Part shown: positions 56,616-64,000 of the stretch, one piece after another
Layout of the letters: each line of letters begins with the position of its first letter
Position numbering within the stretch: the first letter of the stretch is position 1
Notes under the pieces: generated by a model
Databases searched by the model: none
Seen by the model: only the letters and a program-made list of their open reading frames with translations
Told to the model about the DNA's origin: nothing
DNA from: Verrucomicrobiota bacterium
Lineage (GTDB): Bacteria; Verrucomicrobiota; Verrucomicrobiia; Opitutales; Seribacteraceae
DNA: 64,000 nt
Direction of reading: 5' to 3'
Assembly (NCBI GenBank): GCA_027622665.1
Contig: JAQBYT010000008.1
Location: forward strand, 71,382 to 135,381
Position numbers and translations under genes: made by a program

Positions 56616-57860
56616 ATGAATTATTTCGACGAACGTATTGTTGTCACTGGCGTGGGGCTCACTTCCCCTCTGGGAGACGATTTGGACACCTTGCGCGAAA
56701 ACCTCTTGGCGGGTCGTAGTGGGGTTACGCGCTTTCCCGTTCGCAATATGGGCGATCTGCCGGCAGGCGTCTGTGAATTCGAAACTACCCGACATCAGTC
56801 CCGCAAACAGCTTCGCGTAGGTACGAGAGCAGGCAGCATAGGTATCTATTGTGCTCATGAAGCTTTTGCAAATGCAGGTATAGAACCAACCGAAGTCGAC
56901 CGATCTCGGATCGGTGTCTACGTGGGCATCACCGAACACGGAAACGTGGAAACGGAAACGGAGGTCTGCCAACTGTTCGACCATTACGATGAAGATGTCA
57001 AATTTTGGACTCACCACCACAATCCGCGAACGGTAGCGAACAATCCCGCCGGAGAAATTACCATAAACCTTGGCCTGACCGGCCCGCACTACACCGTGGG
57101 TGCGGCCTGTGCCGCAGGTAATGCAGGAATCATACAAGGCGCTCAAATGCTTCGTCTCGGCGAGTGTGACGTGGCTCTCGCCGGTGGAGCAAGCGAAAGT
57201 ATTCGTGCCTATGGCATCTTTGCTGGATTCAAGAGCCAAGGGGCTCTCGCTCAACACGAAGACCCCACCAAGGCGAGCCGACCCTTCGACAAGAACCGGA
57301 ACGGGATCGTGGTAAGCGAGGGCGGATGCCTTTACGTTCTCGAACGTCTTTCCGACGCCAAGGCACGTGGAGCTCGAATTCTAGGCGAGATTGCTGGATA
57401 CAGTTTGAATTCCGATGGTACCGATTACGTTTTGCCTAATCCCGAGAGGCAGGAGGAATGCATTCGTCTGGCTTTGACAAAGGCCAGCCTGACACCTGCC
57501 GACGTCGATATTGTGAGCACCCATGCCACTTCCACTCCCCAAGGGGACGAGCAGGAGTGCACTGCCCTGCGAGCCGTCTTCGGAGCGAGCGAGGGAACCT
57601 TCGTGAACAATACCAAAAGTTTTATCGGACACGCCATGGGAGCGGCCGGAACCCTTGAACTGGCAGGCAACCTACCCTCTTTCGATGACGGAATGGTTCA
57701 CGCAACCATCAACGTCGAAGAACTTGATCCCGCCTGCGACCTTCCCGGACTCGTTTGTGATGAAGCGAGAGAGACGAAGGGCGTGGAAGTGATTCTCAAC
57801 AACTCCTTCGGCATGCTTGGAATCAATTCAGTTCTTATCTTGAAAAAGTTTCACAACTAG
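56616..57860 (+). CDS. Beta-ketoacyl-ACP synthase (FabF-like, non-housekeeping subfamily)
   Basis: Cys-His-His triad (GAACAAG, HATST, KSFIGHAMG), SRPFD, NNSFG. Confidence 0.93.
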   Translation: MNYFDERIVVTGVGLTSPLGDDLDTLRENLLAGRSGVTRFPVRNMGDLPAGVCEFETTRHQSRKQLRVGTRAGSIGIYCAHEAFANAGIEPTEVDRSRIGVYVGITEHGNVETETEVCQLFDHYDEDVKFWTHHHNPRTVANNPAGEITINLGLTGPHYTVGAACAAGNAGIIQGAQMLRLGECDVALAGGASESIRAYGIFAGFKSQGALAQHEDPTKASRPFDKNRNGIVVSEGGCLYVLERLSDAKARGARILGEIAGYSLNSDGTDYVLPNPERQEECIRLALTKASLTPADVDIVSTHATSTPQGDEQECTALRAVFGASEGTFVNNTKSFIGHAMGAAGTLELAGNLPSFDDGMVHATINVEELDPACDLPGLVCDEARETKGVEVILNNSFGMLGINSVLILKKFHN

Positions 57861-57887
57861 CCTATCAATATTTCTTTTCCGAATTAA

Positions 57888-58148
57888 ATGGATAAAGAAA
57901 AGGTAAAACAAATTGTCTTGGACATTATTGCCGAGATCGCTCCCGACGAGGATTTGACTGACGTCAAGCCCGAGATTCGCCTGCGAGATCAGCTCGACTT
58001 GGACTCGATGGACTTCCTCGATATTGTAATGGAGTTGCGCAAGCAGCATGGCATTGAGGTTCCCGAAGCCGAATATCGACAACTTGAATCTCTCGATAGT
58101 TCGGCAGAATATTTGTTCCCGAAATTCGAGGCTAAGGCGGTCGCCTAA
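57888..58148 (+). CDS. Acyl carrier protein
   Basis: Acidic 86 aa; LDLDSMDFLDIVMEL phosphopantetheine Ser motif. Confidence 0.94.
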   Translation: MDKEKVKQIVLDIIAEIAPDEDLTDVKPEIRLRDQLDLDSMDFLDIVMELRKQHGIEVPEAEYRQLESLDSSAEYLFPKFEAKAVA

Positions 58149-58167
58149 GCCTTCGCCACCCTACCCC

Positions 58168-59625
58168 TTGCCCGAAGCGCGTCGGAAACCCGAAGCCCTG
58201 GACGGGCAGCATTTCGAAGTAGTCGTCATTGGCGCAGGCATGGCTGGCCTTGCATCGGCTCTTCGCTTGGCCATGTTCGGGAAGAGCGTATTGCTTCTGG
58301 AAAAGCATTTCGTCGTAGGAGGACTAAACAGTTTTTTCGCGCGTGGAGGACGCAAATTCGACGTGGGTCTACACGCCGTAACGAATTTCCCGCCAAACGG
58401 TTCAGCGAAAGCTTCGCCTTTGATTCGCCTCTGTCGTCAATTACGCATCCCGTTCGAGGAACTTGCCCTGTCTCCGCAAAGTTTCTCTAGGATCGCCTTT
58501 CCGGACGTCGACTTGAGGTTCGACAATGAGTTCGCCTTTTTTCTATCCGAAGTGGAACGCCTATTCCCCCGCGAACAAGATCGTTTTCAAAAGCTTCTCC
58601 GGACAATGGAAGCGTTCGATGCATACTCGCCGGAAGTTGCGGGCGACGTCTCGGCTCGCTCTATTCTTAGTGAACACCTTCGAGAACCTCTTTTGATCGA
58701 AATTCTCTTGTGCCCGACCTGCTACTATGGTTCGGCCGTCGAAAACGACATCGACTTCGCGAGTTTCGTAATGCTCTTCGATGCCATTTTTCGCCAAGGG
58801 TTAGCCCGCCCGCTTGACGGCATTCGGCGTTTCCTCGATCCCATTCTCAATCGATATGAAGAAATGGGCGGACAACGCCGGATGAACCTCGGGGTTAAGC
58901 ATATTGTAACGAAAAACGACAATGTGGAACGTCTTGAACTAGACAATGGAGAAAGCATATTCGCGGATCACGTAATTTCCACATGCGGCGTAGTTGAAAC
59001 TGAACGGATGCTTTCCTCCACCTCGCAGGATGAAAACGCCGATGACGTCGGTCGCATCTCCATTCTCGAAAGCATCGCGGTTTTCAAGGAACAGCCCGCA
59101 GACTTCGGTTGGGAGGAGACCATCGTGTTCTATAACGACGCCGACGTTTTTCGCTACGAACGACCGGATGGGCTAACGGATCCGCGTTCGGGCGTCATCT
59201 GCATACCAAACAACTACCGGTATCCCAACGGGGAACAAATGCCTGAAGGTCAATTACGCGTCACCTGTCTGGCCAACTACGAAAAGTGGGTCGCACTCGA
59301 TGAAGACACCTATCGGTCGCAAAAAGAAATCTGCCGAAAAGCCATGCTCGACATTGCTCTTGGCTACCTACCCAATGGAAAGTCCATGGCGGAAGATCTG
59401 GAAGAACGCACCGAACTGCTGGATATCTTCAGCCCCCGCACCATCACAAAGTTCACCAGTCACCTCGATGGAGCCCTCTACGGTTCACCTCGCAAATCAA
59501 GGAATGGTTCAACCCAGTTCAGCAATCTGTATCTGGCGGGAGCAGACCAAGGCTACGTCGGCATCGTCGGGGCAATGTTGGGAGGCGTCGCCGTAGCCAA
59601 TAATCGTATCCTCCGCGGCGATTGA
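58168..59625 (+). CDS. FAD-dependent oxidoreductase, phytoene desaturase/RetSat-like family
   Basis: VVVIGAGMAGL, LLEKH..VGG, FDVGLH, SPRTITKFT..GALYG, NLYLAGADQGYVGIVGAM; TTG start inferred. Confidence 0.9.
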   Translation: MPEARRKPEALDGQHFEVVVIGAGMAGLASALRLAMFGKSVLLLEKHFVVGGLNSFFARGGRKFDVGLHAVTNFPPNGSAKASPLIRLCRQLRIPFEELALSPQSFSRIAFPDVDLRFDNEFAFFLSEVERLFPREQDRFQKLLRTMEAFDAYSPEVAGDVSARSILSEHLREPLLIEILLCPTCYYGSAVENDIDFASFVMLFDAIFRQGLARPLDGIRRFLDPILNRYEEMGGQRRMNLGVKHIVTKNDNVERLELDNGESIFADHVISTCGVVETERMLSSTSQDENADDVGRISILESIAVFKEQPADFGWEETIVFYNDADVFRYERPDGLTDPRSGVICIPNNYRYPNGEQMPEGQLRVTCLANYEKWVALDEDTYRSQKEICRKAMLDIALGYLPNGKSMAEDLEERTELLDIFSPRTITKFTSHLDGALYGSPRKSRNGSTQFSNLYLAGADQGYVGIVGAMLGGVAVANNRILRGD

Positions 59626-59627
59626 CT

Positions 59628-60077
59628 TCAGGAGATCTCGCGAATCAAACCTTCCTGTATCTCGGCCAGCAGGATATACCCGAAATAGGCGACTCGCACG
59701 TTCTGCGGTAAATTTTCGATCCGGATGCGACCGTTCTCCAAGTCCTCGTCGCTCACGGAATTCAAACCGTGTTCACGCAAATGTATTCGCAACTCGGTCA
59801 TTCCTCGTAGGGCATCATCCACATCGTCAACGGGAATCTCGACCTGACCTTGGGCAAGCTTGGGATTCCCCAGCAAACGGGAAAAGGCCAAGCGATCGGC
59901 GCGACCGTCCTCAATCAATCCTTCGCGCCAAGCTGCGTCCAAGTCCTCGTCGCCCGAGTCGGGCGGAGCAAAACGTTCCTCTGCAAACCGTCCACTTGTC
60001 TCTCGAAACACCTTGCCCAAGAAGGGCAGCAAGGCTTCGAGAAAAGAGGGAGAAACCTGAAGCTCGAACTCAATCAT
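59628..60077 (-). CDS. DUF2017-like protein, overlapping clpS
   Basis: Acidic helical protein (DDALRGMTELRIHL...YILLAEIQEGLI); 8-bp overlap with clpS, matching the known clpS-DUF2017 pairing. Confidence 0.65.
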   Translation of the reverse strand: MIEFELQVSPSFLEALLPFLGKVFRETSGRFAEERFAPPDSGDEDLDAAWREGLIEDGRADRLAFSRLLGNPKLAQGQVEIPVDDVDDALRGMTELRIHLREHGLNSVSDEDLENGRIRIENLPQNVRVAYFGYILLAEIQEGLIREIS

Positions 60078-60441
60078 CCTTTTCCAGCGACGCCTGCAGG
60101 CGCCAACGATGCAGTTGGTATACGTAACCTTCGGCTTGCTCGCGTTCTCCGATCCAAAGCACGGACCTACCCAACTCATGCACTTCTTTCATGTGATGGG
60201 TAGCTTGTGTTTCATCGTAACCGAAAACCTTTCTAAACACCATCACGACGTAGCTCATTAGATTTACGGGGTCGTTCACAACGAGCACTTTCCAGGGGCG
60301 AAGCAACTCGTCCTGTTCTTCGGTCTCGACCTCAGGTAGGGTTTCGGTCTCTGGAAATAGTGAGCTAATGATAAGTTTCTGAAAAAAGGTAATGGAGAAT
60401 AGAGAGTTTTCCAACAACGGGAAAGGGGAAAGAATGCGCAA
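60070..60441 (-). CDS. clpS: ATP-dependent Clp protease adaptor
   Basis: PWKVLVVNDPVNLMSYV, MKEVHELGRS, EQAEGY; true start uncertain, probably nearer 60370. Confidence 0.92.
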   Translation of the reverse strand: MRILSPFPLLENSLFSITFFQKLIISSLFPETETLPEVETEEQDELLRPWKVLVVNDPVNLMSYVVMVFRKVFGYDETQATHHMKEVHELGRSVLWIGEREQAEGYVYQLHRWRLQASLEKDD

Positions 60442-60495
60442 ATTCCAATTTTTCCATGCTTGCCTGTTCGCCTCATTATTAGTTTTCTTTCGATC

Positions 60496-62124
60496 ATGCT
60501 AAAAATTCCGACATTCGTCCTTGGTGGATTATTGATCATGACGGGCTTGGTGGGTTATCTCTTCCAAGACCCCAATCTTTCGATAAACATCGTTGGGCCG
60601 CTCGCGGACGATGCCGTGTTCACGCTGTCCGATGGCAACCGGACTCACACCTTGGACAGAGGCTTTGCCTCGAGTAACTCGGCGGGCGAACATGCATTCT
60701 GGTTGATCGAAAGATTGAATCAGAATCACGCAAAGGATCGCTCACAAGGTAATTATGCGGCTAGTGAGAGGCCCGATAATCCCGCTTATAAGGCCCAATC
60801 CTTTTGGTATGCTTCATCCACCGGAGACACCTTGGCTGCGCTGATTGAGAATGCCGAAACCGGGAACCTTATTTCTCTGGATCAAGTCGACGCAAACAAG
60901 TCAAAAGTCCGATTCATCTACAAGAAAGCTGTCGATGGCGACGGTCCCGTCACTCTGACATCGACCAACTGGATGAACGTCGAGGGCGCGCCCGGAGCGG
61001 GAGAACCATTGACTTTCGGAAAAAGTTGGACAGCCCTGATACCTGGGATTATCGCCTTGGTCCTGATCGCTTGCGTGCTCGCAGCCGAAGCCAAGCCCGC
61101 GTTGCGGAAGCACATCATGCACCTTGCCGCTACCGTTGGATTGGTTGGTTTGGTAATGTCCGCCAAGAAGATTATTCCTGCATTCAGCGAGATGGAGTGG
61201 CTGAAGAAGGACCCGAACGGAATCATTCACGCCTCCTCTTTGAAGCCGGTCGTTATGTTCTTCTCCGCCGGTTTGCTGTTCATATTCGTTGTTCTTTGCA
61301 TCCTTTCTTTCATTAACGCCCGCAGGGAAATGGCCGCGCAACCCAAACCAAAGAAAGAGGAAAAGAAAAAGGAGGACGATTTCGAGGACGACGACGATGA
61401 AGATGAGGACGACAACGATGAAGATGAGGACGACAAAGACTCGCTCAAGGCCAAAGAAAAAGCCAAGGACGATTCCGACGACAAGAAAAAGGACGCCAAG
61501 TCCCCCGCCAAGCCTATGGGAGCCACTCCCAAGAAAGGGGAAGGCAAATTGAAGACTTCCAAATCGTCCGAGTCCCCATTGGGCGAAAAGAAAAAATTCA
61601 GGTCGCCGGGAACGCCGAAGTCAATTGACCCCGAAAAGGCAATGAGACCAAAATCCAGCGATGGGCAAAGAGATGGAACGCCCAAACCATCCGAAAAAGC
61701 CAAACCTTCCAAACCACGATCCGGGGAACCCACGCGGGATGAAAAGCCCGAAGCTCCAAAATCGTCCCACCCCGAAAACTCCAAACCTCGGGAAAGCGAC
61801 AAAACCTCGGTTGCCGAAGCGGATACGGAAAAGAATTCGGAACCGACCGAATCCGGAAACTCCAAACCTTTCGAACCACGATCCGGAGAACTTAAGCGGG
61901 ATGAAAAGCCCGAAGTCGAAAAATCGTCCGACCCCGAAGACTCCAAGCCTCGGAAAAGCGACAAAGCTGAGGTTGTGGAGGAGGATAAAGGCACATCGGA
62001 TTCAGATGCCGGAGACTCCAAGCCAGACATAGCCTCTGCGGACGAAGGCAAGGAAGATTCAGGCAAACGCGAGGGCGACAAACAAAAGGAATCGCCAGAG
62101 TCGTCTAAAAAGAAGCAAGACTGA
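60496..62124 (+). CDS. Four-TM membrane protein with inserted soluble domain and long charged disordered tail
   Basis: TM1, about 150-aa soluble segment, SWTALIP...LRKHIMH TM motif, then D/E tract and K/P/S/E-rich tail. Confidence 0.8.
   Translation: MLKIPTFVLGGLLIMTGLVGYLFQDPNLSINIVGPLADDAVFTLSDGNRTHTLDRGFASSNSAGEHAFWLIERLNQNHAKDRSQGNYAASERPDNPAYKAQSFWYASSTGDTLAALIENAETGNLISLDQVDANKSKVRFIYKKAVDGDGPVTLTSTNWMNVEGAPGAGEPLTFGKSWTALIPGIIALVLIACVLAAEAKPALRKHIMHLAATVGLVGLVMSAKKIIPAFSEMEWLKKDPNGIIHASSLKPVVMFFSAGLLFIFVVLCILSFINARREMAAQPKPKKEEKKKEDDFEDDDDEDEDDNDEDEDDKDSLKAKEKAKDDSDDKKKDAKSPAKPMGATPKKGEGKLKTSKSSESPLGEKKKFRSPGTPKSIDPEKAMRPKSSDGQRDGTPKPSEKAKPSKPRSGEPTRDEKPEAPKSSHPENSKPRESDKTSVAEADTEKNSEPTESGNSKPFEPRSGELKRDEKPEVEKSSDPEDSKPRKSDKAEVVEEDKGTSDSDAGDSKPDIASADEGKEDSGKREGDKQKESPESSKKKQD
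61702..62025 (+). repeat. 162-bp (54-aa) imperfect internal tandem duplication
   Basis: KPSKPRSGEPTRDEKPEAPKSSHPENSKPRESDK (from 61702) vs KPFEPRSGELKRDEKPEVEKSSDPEDSKPRKSDK (from 61864). Confidence 0.9.
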
Positions 62125-62151
62125 CCCGAAGCCCATTTATTCCACCCCCCG

Positions 62152-62185
62152 AAACGCCGGCCATCGAGCCGGCGTTTTCATTTTT
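62152..62185 (+). terminator. Rho-independent terminator
   Basis: AAACGCCGGC-catcga-GCCGGCGTTT followed by TCATTTTT. Confidence 0.85.
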
Positions 62186-62299
62186 GGAAGCAATTCGAAA
62201 AGTGTGGATGTCTCCACATGCGCTCTGTTCGAGTTCCATGACGAAACTTCCATAAGTCATTGGTTTTAAATGAATCCGATTTTCTTTTCACTTTTTAAG

Positions 62300-62326
62300 T
62301 AAAGTTTTGTTGGTGTCGGTCGATTG
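62300..62326 (+). promoter_or_regulatory. Sigma28 (FliA)-type promoter of the flagellin gene
   Basis: TAAAGTTT-N11-GTCGATTG vs consensus TAAAGTTT-N11-GCCGATAA; 120 bp upstream of the ATG. Confidence 0.65.
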
Positions 62327-62446
62327 TTTAACATGAAAAAGGCGACAAAAAGGTCGCTACCGCATGCAAGTTTCACTCCCTACAAGGTGTAGGAGGTGAA
62401 GTAAGCGAGAACTGCCTGAGGTTAGTGCCTCAAAGCAGCAAATATT

Positions 62447-64000
62447 ATGTTAGGAGGAAGCGTACAGTTAGCCAAATCGACCTCTCTCTACATGGAGAGC
62501 GCCCACAGGAATTTATCCCGTGGTCTTAACCGCCTGTCCTCGGGAGTCAAGCTATCCACCGGCGTAGACGATGCAGGAGGGCTAGGCGTCTCGATGAATA
62601 TCGGGGCCAAGCTCAAGAAGGCTTTCAAAGTGCGCGAAAATGTGCAAAACGCCAGATCCTTTCTGGAACAACAAGACGCGGCCCTTAGCTCCATGGGCAA
62701 GGTGCTTGACCGTATGGCGGAACTACGCACGAAAATCGACGATGTGGTAGCCGGACGATCTGATCGCGAACTCTACAACAAGGAGTTCAAGGAAATGCAA
62801 TCTGAGATACTCTCGATGAGAGGCAGAAAGTTCAATGGCGTAAGCATCTTTTCAACCGACGCCAAGGATCCCTTGTCCTTTTATATTCCAACCTCCGAGG
62901 ACGGGATTTCCACGCAGGTAGCGATTAACAGAACGGGTTTCTTCGATAGTCTCACCATCGGAAGTTCGACGCCGGGGTCCACTCCTTCCACTACCTTCAA
63001 TGGTGTTATTGGATCTTTCGCGGGAAGCGTACTGGGTAATGCCGGTGGCGCCATCACCTCCGTTACTCGATCCCCCGTGAGTGGTCTTCACGCCACTCCT
63101 ATTGATTTTACGATTGCAGCCGGAGGCACGGTCGCCGATTTTCCCGCCACTCCTCTTATCGGAGCATCCCCTGCCGTCGGCATAACCGTTGCAGCCGGAG
63201 GCACGGTCGCCGATTTTCCCGCCACGCCTCTTATCGGAGCATCCCCTGCCGTCGGCATAACCGTTGCTGCCGGAGGTACTGTCGCCGATTTCTCCGCTAC
63301 TCCGGTGAAGGGAGCCCACACGGCGATTCCCGTAACGGTAGTCGAAGGTACGCGCACCACGGTGACGGCTACGGCACTTCAAGGAACGGGTTCTCGTACC
63401 GAAAACGTAACCGCTTTTGCAGGCGAAGAGATCAGCATCCCAACCACGGTCACCGTAGGTGGTAACGCAGCTGAAATTCCGGCTTGGACTGCAAACCCCG
63501 TGACACCTAACGGAAATCTCTCCCAACAAGGCGTAACCGATAGTTTCGGCAACCTCTGGTTCGTGACCGACGACGGTGTTGTGCAGAAAGTCGAAGGTGG
63601 CGATCCTGCCGCCGCAGGCACGGGGGTTTTGACGACCATCCCGAGCCTTAATGGTGCAGATTACGTTTCAAAGTCCATCATCTTGGATATTTCAGGACAG
63701 GAGTTCATGTTCGTTGCCGGGCAAGACGGTCCAAATGACGCCAGGCTCCATAAGATCAATCTCTCAACCGGCGCCAGACAAGAATTCGCCCAAGTCAGCG
63801 GAGGCAATGAAAAACTACGAGGACTAAGTGAGCAGAATGGAAAGCTCTACATGGCTTACAGTCGAAGTGCGGGATTTGGCCAGACAAGAGGGGAGATCGT
63901 TCGCGTAAACTCCGACATGACCCGAGACAATGGTTGGGGAAATAGTTCCGGAAGGGTCATGAATACCAGTGCGCATATTGGCTGGGATTTCGGCAATGAC
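62447..64000 (+). CDS. Large flagellin-family protein (partial, at least 518 aa)
   Basis: Hand translation: ...RNLSRGLNRLSSGVKLSTGVDDAGGLGVSM...NVQNARSFLEQQDAALSSMGKVLDRMAEL...DRELYNKEFKEMQSEI...KFNGVSIF (Flagellin_N); frame open to the window end; not in ORF track. Confidence 0.9.
   Translation, partial: MLGGSVQLAKSTSLYMESAHRNLSRGLNRLSSGVKLSTGVDDAGGLGVSMNIGAKLKKAFKVRENVQNARSFLEQQDAALSSMGKVLDRMAELRTKIDDVVAGRSDRELYNKEFKEMQSEILSMRGRKFNGVSIFSTDAKDPLSFYIPTSEDGISTQVAINRTGFFDSLTIGSSTPGSTPSTTFNGVIGSFAGSVLGNAGGAITSVTRSPVSGLHATPIDFTIAAGGTVADFPATPLIGASPAVGITVAAGGTVADFPATPLIGASPAVGITVAAGGTVADFSATPVKGAHTAIPVTVVEGTRTTVTATALQGTGSRTENVTAFAGEEISIPTTVTVGGNAAEIPAWTANPVTPNGNLSQQGVTDSFGNLWFVTDDGVVQKVEGGDPAAAGTGVLTTIPSLNGADYVSKSIILDISGQEFMFVAGQDGPNDARLHKINLSTGARQEFAQVSGGNEKLRGLSEQNGKLYMAYSRSAGFGQTRGEIVRVNSDMTRDNGWGNSSGRVMNTSAHIGWDFGND
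63116..63340 (+). repeat. 75-bp (25-aa) coding tandem repeat, two near-identical units plus a diverged third
   Basis: Units start at 63116, 63191 and 63266: AAGGTVADFPATPLIGASPAVGITV. Confidence 0.95.

Noticed and set aside
58168..59625. Carotenoid biosynthesis (crtI) call
   Set aside because: No phytoene synthase or other crt genes nearby; the context is KS/ACP
62330..62446. c-di-GMP riboswitch in the flagellin leader
   Set aside because: Hairpins are present, but I could not find the GEMM consensus elements
63116..63340. 75-bp repeats as a CRISPR or non-coding array
   Set aside because: Contiguous, in frame, with a synonymous difference between units; they are coding repeats in the flagellin

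Overview
Gene-dense bacterial chromosome segment that is mostly housekeeping: malQ, lepB, lepA, dapA, dapB, ruvA, priA, ligA, purU, carB, gltX, glnS, rdgB, ribD, xth, efp, argS, rpoN, tsaB, alr, clpS and one tRNA(CAT). Protein style and gene set suggest Verrucomicrobiota (Opitutales-like); this is an inference, not a search result. Two long genes are missing from the supplied ORF track because they run off the window edges, and I translated both by hand. One is a sodium:solute symporter (1-2133, minus) with a two-unit beta-repeat insertion. The other is a flagellin (62447 to >64000, plus) preceded by a sigma28-type promoter, whose variable region holds 25-aa tandem repeats followed by a probable beta-propeller. 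Other notable items: a ketosynthase-ACP-FAD oxidoreductase trio resembling ladderane-cluster-type lipid genes; a pyrimidine-nucleoside phosphorylase homologue with a rewired active site; a QLDLF clamp-binding motif inserted in LigA; a soluble Hanks kinase heading the rpoN cluster; a pseudo-receiver/HDOD protein; and a decayed insertion scar downstream of the tRNA. I saw no CRISPR array, rRNA, integrase or intact transposase. All family calls come from motif recognition, with no database search.
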